From positions 1-56,268 of the forward strand of contig CAMGEM010000001.1 of assembly GCA_946055095.1 (NCBI GenBank): 56,268 bases of DNA. Direction: 5' to 3'. The notes below the pieces were generated by a model. The model had not been told where the DNA came from, made no database searches, and was given only the letters and a program-made list of their open reading frames with translations. Position numbers and translations under genes: made by a program. This document shows positions 8,927-16,473 of this stretch, piece after piece (position 1 is the first letter of the stretch; every line of letters begins with the position of its first letter). Source of the stretch: an uncultured Parabacteroides sp. (GTDB taxonomy: Bacteria > Bacteroidota > Bacteroidia > Bacteroidales > Tannerellaceae).

Positions 8927-10102
8927 ATGCTGACACAGATAACGAATGGAAGAATCCTGACCCCGCAAGGCTGGGTGAAAGATAGCTCGGTACTGATTTC
9001 TGACGGGCATATATTGGAGGTGACCAACAGCGAGTTGGCCGTGATCGGAGCGGAAGTGGTGGATGCGAAAGGCATGGACATCGTGCCGGGTTTCGTGGCC
9101 ATGAATCTGCATGGAGGTGGAGGCTATGACTTCTTGGACTGCACCAAAGAGGCTTTTGACGGAGCGGTCAAGGCGCATTTGCAGCATGGTGCCACCAGCA
9201 TTTTCCCGACGATTATCGCACCCGACCTGGCGCTGATCGAGCAAGCTGCCGCTGTGTGCGACGAGGTGATGAAAGATCCGAACAGCCCTGTGCTGGGTCT
9301 GCACATCGAGGGTCCTTACCTCAATCCGAAGATGGCTAAAAGCCTGTTCATCGAGCAAACGAACGCCGCAGATCCGGCTGCTTACCGGGCGTTGTTAGAG
9401 CGGGTGCATTGCATTCGCCGTTGGGATGCGAGCCCGGAGATGCCGGGTGCGCTTGACTTCGCACGCCATTTGGCAGCACAGGGTATTTTGGCGTCGTTGT
9501 CGCATACGGAGGTGGAGTATGAGGATGTGAAAACGGCTTACTCCGCTGGTTTCACCCATGCGGCCCATTTCTACAACGCGATGCCGGGTTTCCATAAACG
9601 GAGAGAGTATAAATATGAGGGAACGGTAGAGAGCGTCTTCTTGATCGACCCGATGACCGTGGAGGTGATTGCCGATGGCCGTCATTTGCCCGCTACGATC
9701 TTGCGTTTAGTCTATAAGCTGAAAGGGGTGGAGCGTACGTGCTTAGTGACCGATTGTATGCCATGTGCGGGTTGCGCGCATCCGCAGCTGAACGATCCTC
9801 GTTTGATCATTGAGGATGGTGTTTGCAAGTTGGCGGATCGCTCCTCGTTGGTAGGAAGTATCGCGATGATGGACGACTTGGTGCGTACGATGGTGCAGAA
9901 AGCGGATATTCCGTTGGCTGACGCGGTGCGTATGGCCTCTGAGACACCGGCTCGCTTGATGGGTGTGATTGATCGGGCAGGCACGTTGGAGAAGGGGAAA
10001 GACGCGGATATCCTTATCCTCGACCATGATCAGCGCATCCGTGCCGTTTGGAGCATGGGACATTTGGTACCTGAGACCAACCATTTGGAACAGGGAATCT
10101 AA
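8927..10102 (+). CDS. nagA: N-acetylglucosamine-6-phosphate deacetylase (copy 2, paralog)
   Basis: HIEGPY, SHT, AHFYNAM, DGRH, TDC; strongly similar to copy 1; ATG 8927 (MLTQ) matches the copy 1 start. Confidence 0.9.
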   Translation: MLTQITNGRILTPQGWVKDSSVLISDGHILEVTNSELAVIGAEVVDAKGMDIVPGFVAMNLHGGGGYDFLDCTKEAFDGAVKAHLQHGATSIFPTIIAPDLALIEQAAAVCDEVMKDPNSPVLGLHIEGPYLNPKMAKSLFIEQTNAADPAAYRALLERVHCIRRWDASPEMPGALDFARHLAAQGILASLSHTEVEYEDVKTAYSAGFTHAAHFYNAMPGFHKRREYKYEGTVESVFLIDPMTVEVIADGRHLPATILRLVYKLKGVERTCLVTDCMPCAGCAHPQLNDPRLIIEDGVCKLADRSSLVGSIAMMDDLVRTMVQKADIPLADAVRMASETPARLMGVIDRAGTLEKGKDADILILDHDQRIRAVWSMGHLVPETNHLEQGI

Positions 10103-10131
10103 CCTACAATAATTTAAAAAAGTAACAGAGT

Positions 10132-12120
10132 ATGAAAACCAATCTAAGTTCACAGATTACGCTGACGCGTATCCCATTGAGATATTATCGACCGGAGAAT
10201 GCTTTCGAGCATTCCGTGTTGACTCGTTTGGAGAAGATCCCCACACATATCTATGAGTCGATGGAGGAAGGATCGCAGGCTATCGCACGAGAGATCGCCA
10301 CACAGATCCGGAAAAAACAGGCGATCGGAAAGCCGTTCGTCTTGGCTCTTCCTGGGGGTCGCTCACCGTTGAGTGTGTATAAGGAGCTGATCCGTTTGCA
10401 TAAGGAGGAGCAACTGAGTTTCCAGGGAGTGATCATCTTCTTGGAGTTTGAGTTTTATCCCCTCGCCAATCCAGCGAGTGGCAACTTAGCTCGTTTGAAA
10501 GAGGAGTTGTTAGATCATATCGACATGGATGCCTCGCAGGTCTATGCGCCGGAGGCCACCATGCCCAAGGAGGCGATCTTGGATTTCTGCCGGCAGTATG
10601 AGGAGCAGATCCAGTCAGTGGGTGGCATCGATTGCATGCTGTTAGGCATTGGTAGCGCAAGCAACGTGATGTTCAATGCGGCAGGAACTGCCATCAATTC
10701 CCGCACACGTTTGGTGCTGTTGGAAGGTGGCTCGCGTAAGGAGGCTTCCCGCACCTTCTCCTCACAAGAGGCGTTGCCGGCTGGTGTGATCACGATGGGT
10801 ATCTCCACCATGATGAACGCACGCAACGTGATCTTGATGGCTTGGGGCGAGGATAAGGCGGCCGTGATTCGGCAGACCGTGGAGGAGAAGGCCGGTGACG
10901 CGGTTCCTTCCAGCTATCTGCAGAACCATCCGAACGCCAAGGTGGTTATTGATCTGTCGGCGGCCTATGAGCTGACACGTATCAGCCATCCTTGGTTGGT
11001 GACCAGCTGCGAATGGGACAATAAGTTGATCCGTCGTGCGATCGTCTGGTTGTGCCAGTTGACGGGTAAGCCTATCTTGAAGCTGACCAACAAGGATTAC
11101 AGCGAGCATGGCTTGGGCGAGCTCTTGGCCCTCTATGGCTCTGCCTATAACGTAAACATTAAGATCTTCAACGATATTCAGCATACCATCACGGGATGGC
11201 CGGGTGGCAAGCCTAATGCTGACGATTCCAATCGGCCGGAGCGTGCGTTGCCCTATCCGAAGAAGGTGATCGTATTCAGCCCGCACCCTGATGATGACGT
11301 GATCTCGATGGGTGGCACCCTGCGTCGGTTGTGCGACCAGCACCACGACGTGCATGTCGCCTATGAGACCTCAGGTAATATCGCCGTGGGTGATGAGGAG
11401 GTGATCCGCTATTGCGAGTACCTGCGTGATGTATGCGGTTGCTATATTCCCAATGACACGACCATCCGCGACAAGGCCAACGAGATCATTCATTACCTGC
11501 GTTACGAGAAGGTGGAGAATGGCGAGCCCGAGCGTAAGGATGTGCTCTTTATGAAGGGGACGATTCGCCGAGAGGAGGCACGGCATGCTTGTCGCTACTC
11601 CGGCGTGAAGGATGAGAACGTGCATTTCCTCGACCTGCCCTTCTACGAGACCGGTTTAGTGAAGAAGAATCCATTGGGTGAGGCCGACAAGGAGGTCGTG
11701 AAAGCGCTGCTGCTGGAGGTGAAGCCCGATGAGATGTTCGTGGCGGGTGACTTGGCCGATCCGCATGGCACGCATAAGGTCTGCTTGGATGCGGTCTTGG
11801 CGGCTATCGACGAGGTGAAGGATGAGGAATGGATGCGTAACTGCCGTGTCTGGATGTATCGGGGTGCTTGGGCAGAGTGGGAGATGGACCACATCGAGAT
11901 GGCCGTTCCCATCAGTCCGGAGGAGTTGCGTTTCAAGCGGAACGCCATCTTGAAGCATCAGTCCCAAGCGGAGAGCGCTCCCTATTTGGGTGACGATGAA
12001 CGACTCTTCTGGCAGCGTGCCGAGGATCGTAACCGGGCGACCGCAGAGTTGTATCGTCAGTTGGGATTGGCGGCTTATGAGGCGATCGAGGCCTTCGTGC
12101 AGTATATCCCCTTGCGGTAA
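10132..12120 (+). CDS. nagB: Glucosamine-6-phosphate deaminase-like domain fused to a PIG-L family deacetylase
   Basis: N-terminal NagB fold (LALPGG.SP, GGID..LLGIG, ITMGI.T, P.SYLQ.H) and C-terminal PIG-L motifs PHPDDD and DPHGTH; NagB catalytic residues look substituted. Confidence 0.85.
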   Translation: MKTNLSSQITLTRIPLRYYRPENAFEHSVLTRLEKIPTHIYESMEEGSQAIAREIATQIRKKQAIGKPFVLALPGGRSPLSVYKELIRLHKEEQLSFQGVIIFLEFEFYPLANPASGNLARLKEELLDHIDMDASQVYAPEATMPKEAILDFCRQYEEQIQSVGGIDCMLLGIGSASNVMFNAAGTAINSRTRLVLLEGGSRKEASRTFSSQEALPAGVITMGISTMMNARNVILMAWGEDKAAVIRQTVEEKAGDAVPSSYLQNHPNAKVVIDLSAAYELTRISHPWLVTSCEWDNKLIRRAIVWLCQLTGKPILKLTNKDYSEHGLGELLALYGSAYNVNIKIFNDIQHTITGWPGGKPNADDSNRPERALPYPKKVIVFSPHPDDDVISMGGTLRRLCDQHHDVHVAYETSGNIAVGDEEVIRYCEYLRDVCGCYIPNDTTIRDKANEIIHYLRYEKVENGEPERKDVLFMKGTIRREEARHACRYSGVKDENVHFLDLPFYETGLVKKNPLGEADKEVVKALLLEVKPDEMFVAGDLADPHGTHKVCLDAVLAAIDEVKDEEWMRNCRVWMYRGAWAEWEMDHIEMAVPISPEELRFKRNAILKHQSQAESAPYLGDDERLFWQRAEDRNRATAELYRQLGLAAYEAIEAFVQYIPLR

Positions 12121-12140
12121 TTCGTTATACGAGATGATAG

Positions 12141-12172
12141 AGAGAGGGCTGTTCACGCAGCTCTCTTTTTTT
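12141..12172 (+). terminator. Intrinsic terminator after the nagB-like gene
   Basis: Stem AGAGGGCTG / CAGCTCTCT with one G-U pair, 6-nt loop, followed by a T-run. Confidence 0.8.
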
Positions 12173-12244
12173 ATCCAAAAACTCCTTGGTCGATTCAACA
12201 GAAAGCCGTTATTTTGCAGCCCGAAAGAAAAAGTATAATACTAT

Positions 12245-13198
12245 ATGTTGAAGTTCTTAAGGAATTGGACACTTCCTCTTTCGATGGTGACGGGAATGTG
12301 TGTCTATCTGTTGTTTGCGAATGTGCAGGCACTGAATCCAGCGAAACCACTCATTTACACACTCATTGGTTATCTGACTCCCAGCTTGATATTTGCGCAG
12401 TTGTTGTTGACATTCTGCAAGATCAGTCCTCGTGAGTTGCTCCCTACGCCCTGGCATGGCTGGTTGCTGCTGTTCCAGACGTTCGCTACCTGTGCGTTGG
12501 CGGCTGCGCTCTTGCTGCTCCCTGTAAGCTTGGAGCAGAAGATTATCTTAGAGGCGGCAATGGTCTGCTTCATCTGTCCAACCGCTACCGCGGCGGCGGT
12601 GATCACGGGTAAGTTAGGCGGTAGTGCCTCCAGTTTGACCACCTACACATTGCTCTCCAACCTATTGACTGCTGTGGCCGTGCCTTTGCTGTTTCCCTTG
12701 GTGGAGCCACATGCCAGCCTCAGTTTCTTCTCCGCATTCCTGCTGATCTTGAGCAAGGTGTTCCCGCTGCTGCTCTGTCCCTTCTTCTTAGCCTGCCTGT
12801 TGCGCTATTTCATGCCGATCGTGCACCGTTGGCTGTTGAGCTATCACGAAATGGCCTTTTACCTTTGGGCGGTGGCTTTGGCTATCGTGACCGGCCAGAC
12901 CGTACGTTCGCTCTGCAATAGCGAGGCGGAGCCTTTAGTGGAGCTTTGGATCGCCTTGGCGGGCTTGCTCACCTGTGCCATTCAATTCTTCTTGGGGAAG
13001 CGGATCGGCTCCTATTATGACGATCGTATCAGCGCAGGACAGGCCTTAGGCCAGAAGAATACGGTGTTAGCCATTTGGATGGCCTATACCTATTTGCATC
13101 CCCTCTCATCGGTGGGTCCGGGTAGCTACGTCTTATGGCAGAACCTGTTCAACTCTTGGCAACTCTGGAAAAAAGCCAAAAAGGAGGGTAAGGCTTAA
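12245..13198 (+). CDS. Bile acid:sodium symporter (BASS)-like transporter
   Basis: 'CPTATAAAVITGKLGG', 'LLSNLL..V..PL', 'GQALGQKNT'; about 10 TM segments. Confidence 0.75.
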   Translation: MLKFLRNWTLPLSMVTGMCVYLLFANVQALNPAKPLIYTLIGYLTPSLIFAQLLLTFCKISPRELLPTPWHGWLLLFQTFATCALAAALLLLPVSLEQKIILEAAMVCFICPTATAAAVITGKLGGSASSLTTYTLLSNLLTAVAVPLLFPLVEPHASLSFFSAFLLILSKVFPLLLCPFFLACLLRYFMPIVHRWLLSYHEMAFYLWAVALAIVTGQTVRSLCNSEAEPLVELWIALAGLLTCAIQFFLGKRIGSYYDDRISAGQALGQKNTVLAIWMAYTYLHPLSSVGPGSYVLWQNLFNSWQLWKKAKKEGKA

Positions 13199-13249
13199 GA
13201 CCACTCGCTTTTCATGCCATCCATTTATGGCATTATGACATAGATTGCC

Positions 13250-13267
13250 TATATTTGTACGCAAATA
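13250..13267 (+). promoter_or_regulatory. TA promoter -7 element overlapped by a palindromic operator
   Basis: TATATTTG at 13250-13257; inverted repeat TATTTG-TACG-CAAATA at 13252-13267. Confidence 0.6.
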
Positions 13268-13275
13268 CAAGCATT

Positions 13276-13566
13276 ATGGCACAGGTATCTATGACAGTCC
13301 GTATGGACTCACAATTAAAGAAGATGTTTGATGAGCTTTGTCTCCAGTTTGGAATGAGTGCAAATACAGCGATGAATGTGTTTGCGAAAGCTGTTGTGCA
13401 ACGGGGGAAAATCCCTTTTGAGATTAGGGGAGATAGGGCTTATGAAGCTTTGGATGGCAGTTTGGCTTATAGAAGCCTGAGGGCCATGGCAGAGTCTGGT
13501 CAGTTGCCCGATTTGAGTCTTGATGAGATCAATGATGAGATCAACCAAACAAGGCAAGGAGTATGA
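13276..13566 (+). CDS. RelB/DinJ family antitoxin
   Basis: 'MTVRMDSQLKK.FD.LC...GMS..TAMNVFAKAVV....IPFEI' ribbon-helix-helix; 'LSLDEIN.EI' tail. Confidence 0.88.
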   Translation: MAQVSMTVRMDSQLKKMFDELCLQFGMSANTAMNVFAKAVVQRGKIPFEIRGDRAYEALDGSLAYRSLRAMAESGQLPDLSLDEINDEINQTRQGV

Positions 13567-13988
13567 GCGTATATGCTGTGTATGACACCAATGTTATAGT
13601 ATCTGCACTATTGTCTCGAAATGCGAATGCGGCCACAGTTAAAGTATTGGATGCCTGTCTGGAGAAGCGGCAGATTATTCCTGTATATAATGATGACATC
13701 ATTAAGGAGTACAGAGAGGTGCTTCTTCGCCCGAAATTTCACTTCCCAGAGCCATTGGTAATGGCTGTAATCAAGAAGCTGATTGCGATAGGTGTTCATT
13801 CGGATGCCATTCATTCTGATGAACATTTCGTAGATCCGAAAGATATCGTTTTCTATGAGGTAGCTATTTCTAAAGATGGTGCTTATTTGATAACGGGTAA
13901 TCGGAAGCATTTCCCCAATACACCGATTGTTGTAACGCCAGCTGAAATGGTGAGCCTATTGCAACAAATGGATGTATTGGGGTCATAG
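13563..13988 (+). CDS. PIN-domain toxin
   Basis: DTNVIVSAL, EYREVL.RPKF, DPKD..FYEVA, LITGN.KHFP; ATGA overlap with the antitoxin. Confidence 0.88.
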   Translation: MSVYAVYDTNVIVSALLSRNANAATVKVLDACLEKRQIIPVYNDDIIKEYREVLLRPKFHFPEPLVMAVIKKLIAIGVHSDAIHSDEHFVDPKDIVFYEVAISKDGAYLITGNRKHFPNTPIVVTPAEMVSLLQQMDVLGS

Positions 13989-15275
13989 TTATTTTTCTTT
14001 CGGCAACACCAAATTGAGGATCACAGCAAGCAGGAAGACGACAGCCACGCAGTTCTCAGCGAAGACTGTCTGCACAATCTGTGGGAAGATAGAGAACAGC
14101 TGCGTGACGGAGGTGAATCCCAATCCTACACTCAATGAGAGGCTCACAATGATCATGTTACGCTGAGAGAAGCCACACCGAGCCATCATCTGGAAACCGG
14201 CGAACAGGATACTACCAAACATCATGATGGTACAACCGCCCAGCACGGCCTGCGGAATCGTAGCCAATAGACTGCCTACGAGGGGGAACAGACCACCTAA
14301 GATCAGGATGCAAGCACCCGTGGCGATGGCGAAACGATTGACCACCTTCGTCATGGCAGACAAACCGACGTTCTGCGAGAAGGAGGTGATCGGCGTGCAA
14401 CCAAACAGACCGGCTACAACACTGACGAAACCATCACAGGCCACAGAGGCACCCATCTCCTTTTCGTGCACGTTTCTTCCTAATGCCCCTGAGCAAATAG
14501 CCGAGGTATCGCCAATTGTTTCTGTCGCTGACACCAAATAGACGCAGACGATCGCCAGAATGGTGTCTAAATGAAACTCCGGCGTGAAAGGTAGCAAGGT
14601 TGGCAGAGAGACGATCGACACGTCACTCAGTCCAGAGAAATCGACCATGCCCATGCACAAGGCCAGTAGGTATCCCACGATTAATCCAATCAATACGGAA
14701 AGGGAGCGTACCATCTGATGGTTGATCATCTGGGCGATCAGACAGGTTAGCAACGTGACCGTTCCAACCACCCAATTCTGCCAGCTGCCGAAATCAGCTG
14801 CCCCTTGTCCTCCAGCGAAGCTATTCGCTCCGATTGGCAACAGCGAGAAACCGATGGCGGTCACCACCGTAGCAGCTACGATGTGAGGAATCAGCTTTGT
14901 CCATTTATTCGGGAAAAGTCCTAAGCAACCCTCCACGACACCACCCACGATGACGGCACCCATCAGGGTACCCATTCCCTTGGTGGTGGCGATGCCAATA
15001 GCTAACGAAAGAAAGGTAAATGAGATACCCATCACGATTGGCAAACGGGAGCCGATGCGCCAGATCGGATAAAGCTGTACCAACGTGCCGATACCGGCGA
15101 TGATCATGCAGTTTTGGATCAAAGCCGCGCTGATACTCTTGTCTAACCCAACCACACCCGCAAGGATCATGATCGGCGTGATATTGGCCACGAACATGGC
15201 CAAGACATGCTGCAACCCAAAGGGGACCGCTTTCGCGAGGGGCACTCGTCCGTCTAATTCATAAATGCTGCTCAT
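13989..15275 (-). CDS. pbuX: NCS2 family xanthine/uracil permease
   Basis: GLQHVLAMF, ETIGD, NAT signature SFSQNVGL..MTKV.NR, VLGG. Confidence 0.88.
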   Translation of the reverse strand: MSSIYELDGRVPLAKAVPFGLQHVLAMFVANITPIMILAGVVGLDKSISAALIQNCMIIAGIGTLVQLYPIWRIGSRLPIVMGISFTFLSLAIGIATTKGMGTLMGAVIVGGVVEGCLGLFPNKWTKLIPHIVAATVVTAIGFSLLPIGANSFAGGQGAADFGSWQNWVVGTVTLLTCLIAQMINHQMVRSLSVLIGLIVGYLLALCMGMVDFSGLSDVSIVSLPTLLPFTPEFHLDTILAIVCVYLVSATETIGDTSAICSGALGRNVHEKEMGASVACDGFVSVVAGLFGCTPITSFSQNVGLSAMTKVVNRFAIATGACILILGGLFPLVGSLLATIPQAVLGGCTIMMFGSILFAGFQMMARCGFSQRNMIIVSLSLSVGLGFTSVTQLFSIFPQIVQTVFAENCVAVVFLLAVILNLVLPKEK

Positions 15276-15889
15276 GGTCTTTCGGCTTTATGGTGTAGTG
15301 ACTGTGCGGGTTGTCCACGGAACACGATCGTCTGCGTGGCGTAATCCATCGACTCCAAGATAGCGATCGACTCCAACTGATAGCCCGCCTCACGGAGCAA
15401 ACGACCTCCCTGCTGTTGCCCCTTCTCGATGGCGATACCGATACCTACCACTTCGCCCCCTGCCTGGTGTACGATGTCGATCAATGCCTTGGAGGCCTGT
15501 CCGTCTGCCAAGAAATCATCCACGATCAAGACCTTGTCGTTGGCGGTCAGATAGGGGCGCGACACGAAGACATTATTCATCTTCTTGTGGGTGAACGAAT
15601 AGGCTTGCGCCACATACTTGTCGTCTGTGCTGTTGGCTGTCTGCCCCTTCTTGGCGAAGACCACGGGTACGTCATACAGGTCGCCCAGCAATGCCGCGAT
15701 AGCGATACCACTTGCCTCGATAGTCAAGATTTTGTTCACTGTTTTGCCACGGAACCGACGTTTAAACTCAAATGCGATCTGACGGATGATGTCCACGTCA
15801 ATTTGGTGATTGAGGAAATTATCCACTTTCAAGATATTGCCCTCTTTGATCACGCCATCTTCAATAATTTTTTGCTCTAAAAAGTTCAT
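15272..15889 (-). CDS. xpt: Xanthine phosphoribosyltransferase
   Basis: LKVDNFLNHQID, TIEASGIA, FAKK, SFTH, PRPP loop IVDDFLADG, IEK. Confidence 0.93.
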   Translation of the reverse strand: MNFLEQKIIEDGVIKEGNILKVDNFLNHQIDVDIIRQIAFEFKRRFRGKTVNKILTIEASGIAIAALLGDLYDVPVVFAKKGQTANSTDDKYVAQAYSFTHKKMNNVFVSRPYLTANDKVLIVDDFLADGQASKALIDIVHQAGGEVVGIGIAIEKGQQQGGRLLREAGYQLESIAILESMDYATQTIVFRGQPAQSLHHKAERP

Positions 15890-15928
15890 AGATGTATTTT
15901 ATCTTTGCGAATAATAAATTTAAGATTT

Positions 15929-16003
15929 CCGCGAAGATACAAAAAAGAGAAGAGAGCCTTATGGCTTTTCCTCCCTCAAAAACTATTTTTACTATCTTCG
16001 CGG
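15929..16003. promoter_or_regulatory. Divergent promoters for xpt and the RAPP leader ORF
   Basis: CCGCGAAGATA (15929-15939) and TATCTTCGCGG (15993-16003): the same -7 variant on opposite strands. Confidence 0.6.
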
Positions 16004-16017
16004 CCGAACTACGTTGA

Positions 16018-16386
16018 TTGAACGATTTGCGAGAGATAGTTTTGAAATATATACGCCTATTCTTGCCGTTGCTGTTTATTACCTATTACAGCGGCGTCTC
16101 GTTTTTTACGCACGTTCATATTGAGCAGGGCACAACCATCGTGCATGCCCATCCCTTTGCCACTTCGGATGGGGCTTCGGAGCATCAACATGGCTCGTTG
16201 GCTGAGATCCAGCTGTATCATGTGCTCTCCACAATCGTAGCTGCCGATGGAGCTATCCATCCTTTGCAGTTAAACTACCAGGCTATACAGATAGCTGAAC
16301 TCTCAGCGTCGCTTGTCTATCCTACCCATTTGCAAGCGATTGTTGGCCGACTTTATCTCCGTGCGCCACCTTCTTGTTCATGCTAA
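16018..16386 (+). CDS. His-rich membrane-targeted leader protein with C-terminal RAPP motif (candidate arrest-peptide uORF)
   Basis: TTG start after a -7 element; hydrophobic segment, HVH...HAHP...HQH, ends LYLRAPPSCSC; directly upstream of a TonB receptor. Confidence 0.75.
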   Translation: MNDLREIVLKYIRLFLPLLFITYYSGVSFFTHVHIEQGTTIVHAHPFATSDGASEHQHGSLAEIQLYHVLSTIVAADGAIHPLQLNYQAIQIAELSASLVYPTHLQAIVGRLYLRAPPSCSC

Positions 16387-16473
16387 CCCTTGGTGGGTAT
16401 CGAGTTAATTTATCTTTTATTTTCAATCCATTCAATCAATTAGGGGCGGAAAAGGCCGCCTCTCAGTCATCGT

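Noticed and set aside
15890-15930. Purine riboswitch upstream of xpt-pbuX, as in Firmicutes
   Set aside because: The predicted -7 element leaves only about 35 nt of AT-rich leader, with no aptamer stems.
15929-16003. Invertible promoter flanked by 11-bp inverted repeats
   Set aside because: The repeats are the two divergent -7 elements themselves, the same motif recurs singly elsewhere, and no recombinase is in the window. Inversion cannot be excluded without reads.
16387-16473. Cobalamin or TPP riboswitch ahead of the TonB receptor
   Set aside because: Only 87 bp, with no B12-box or TPP consensus visible.
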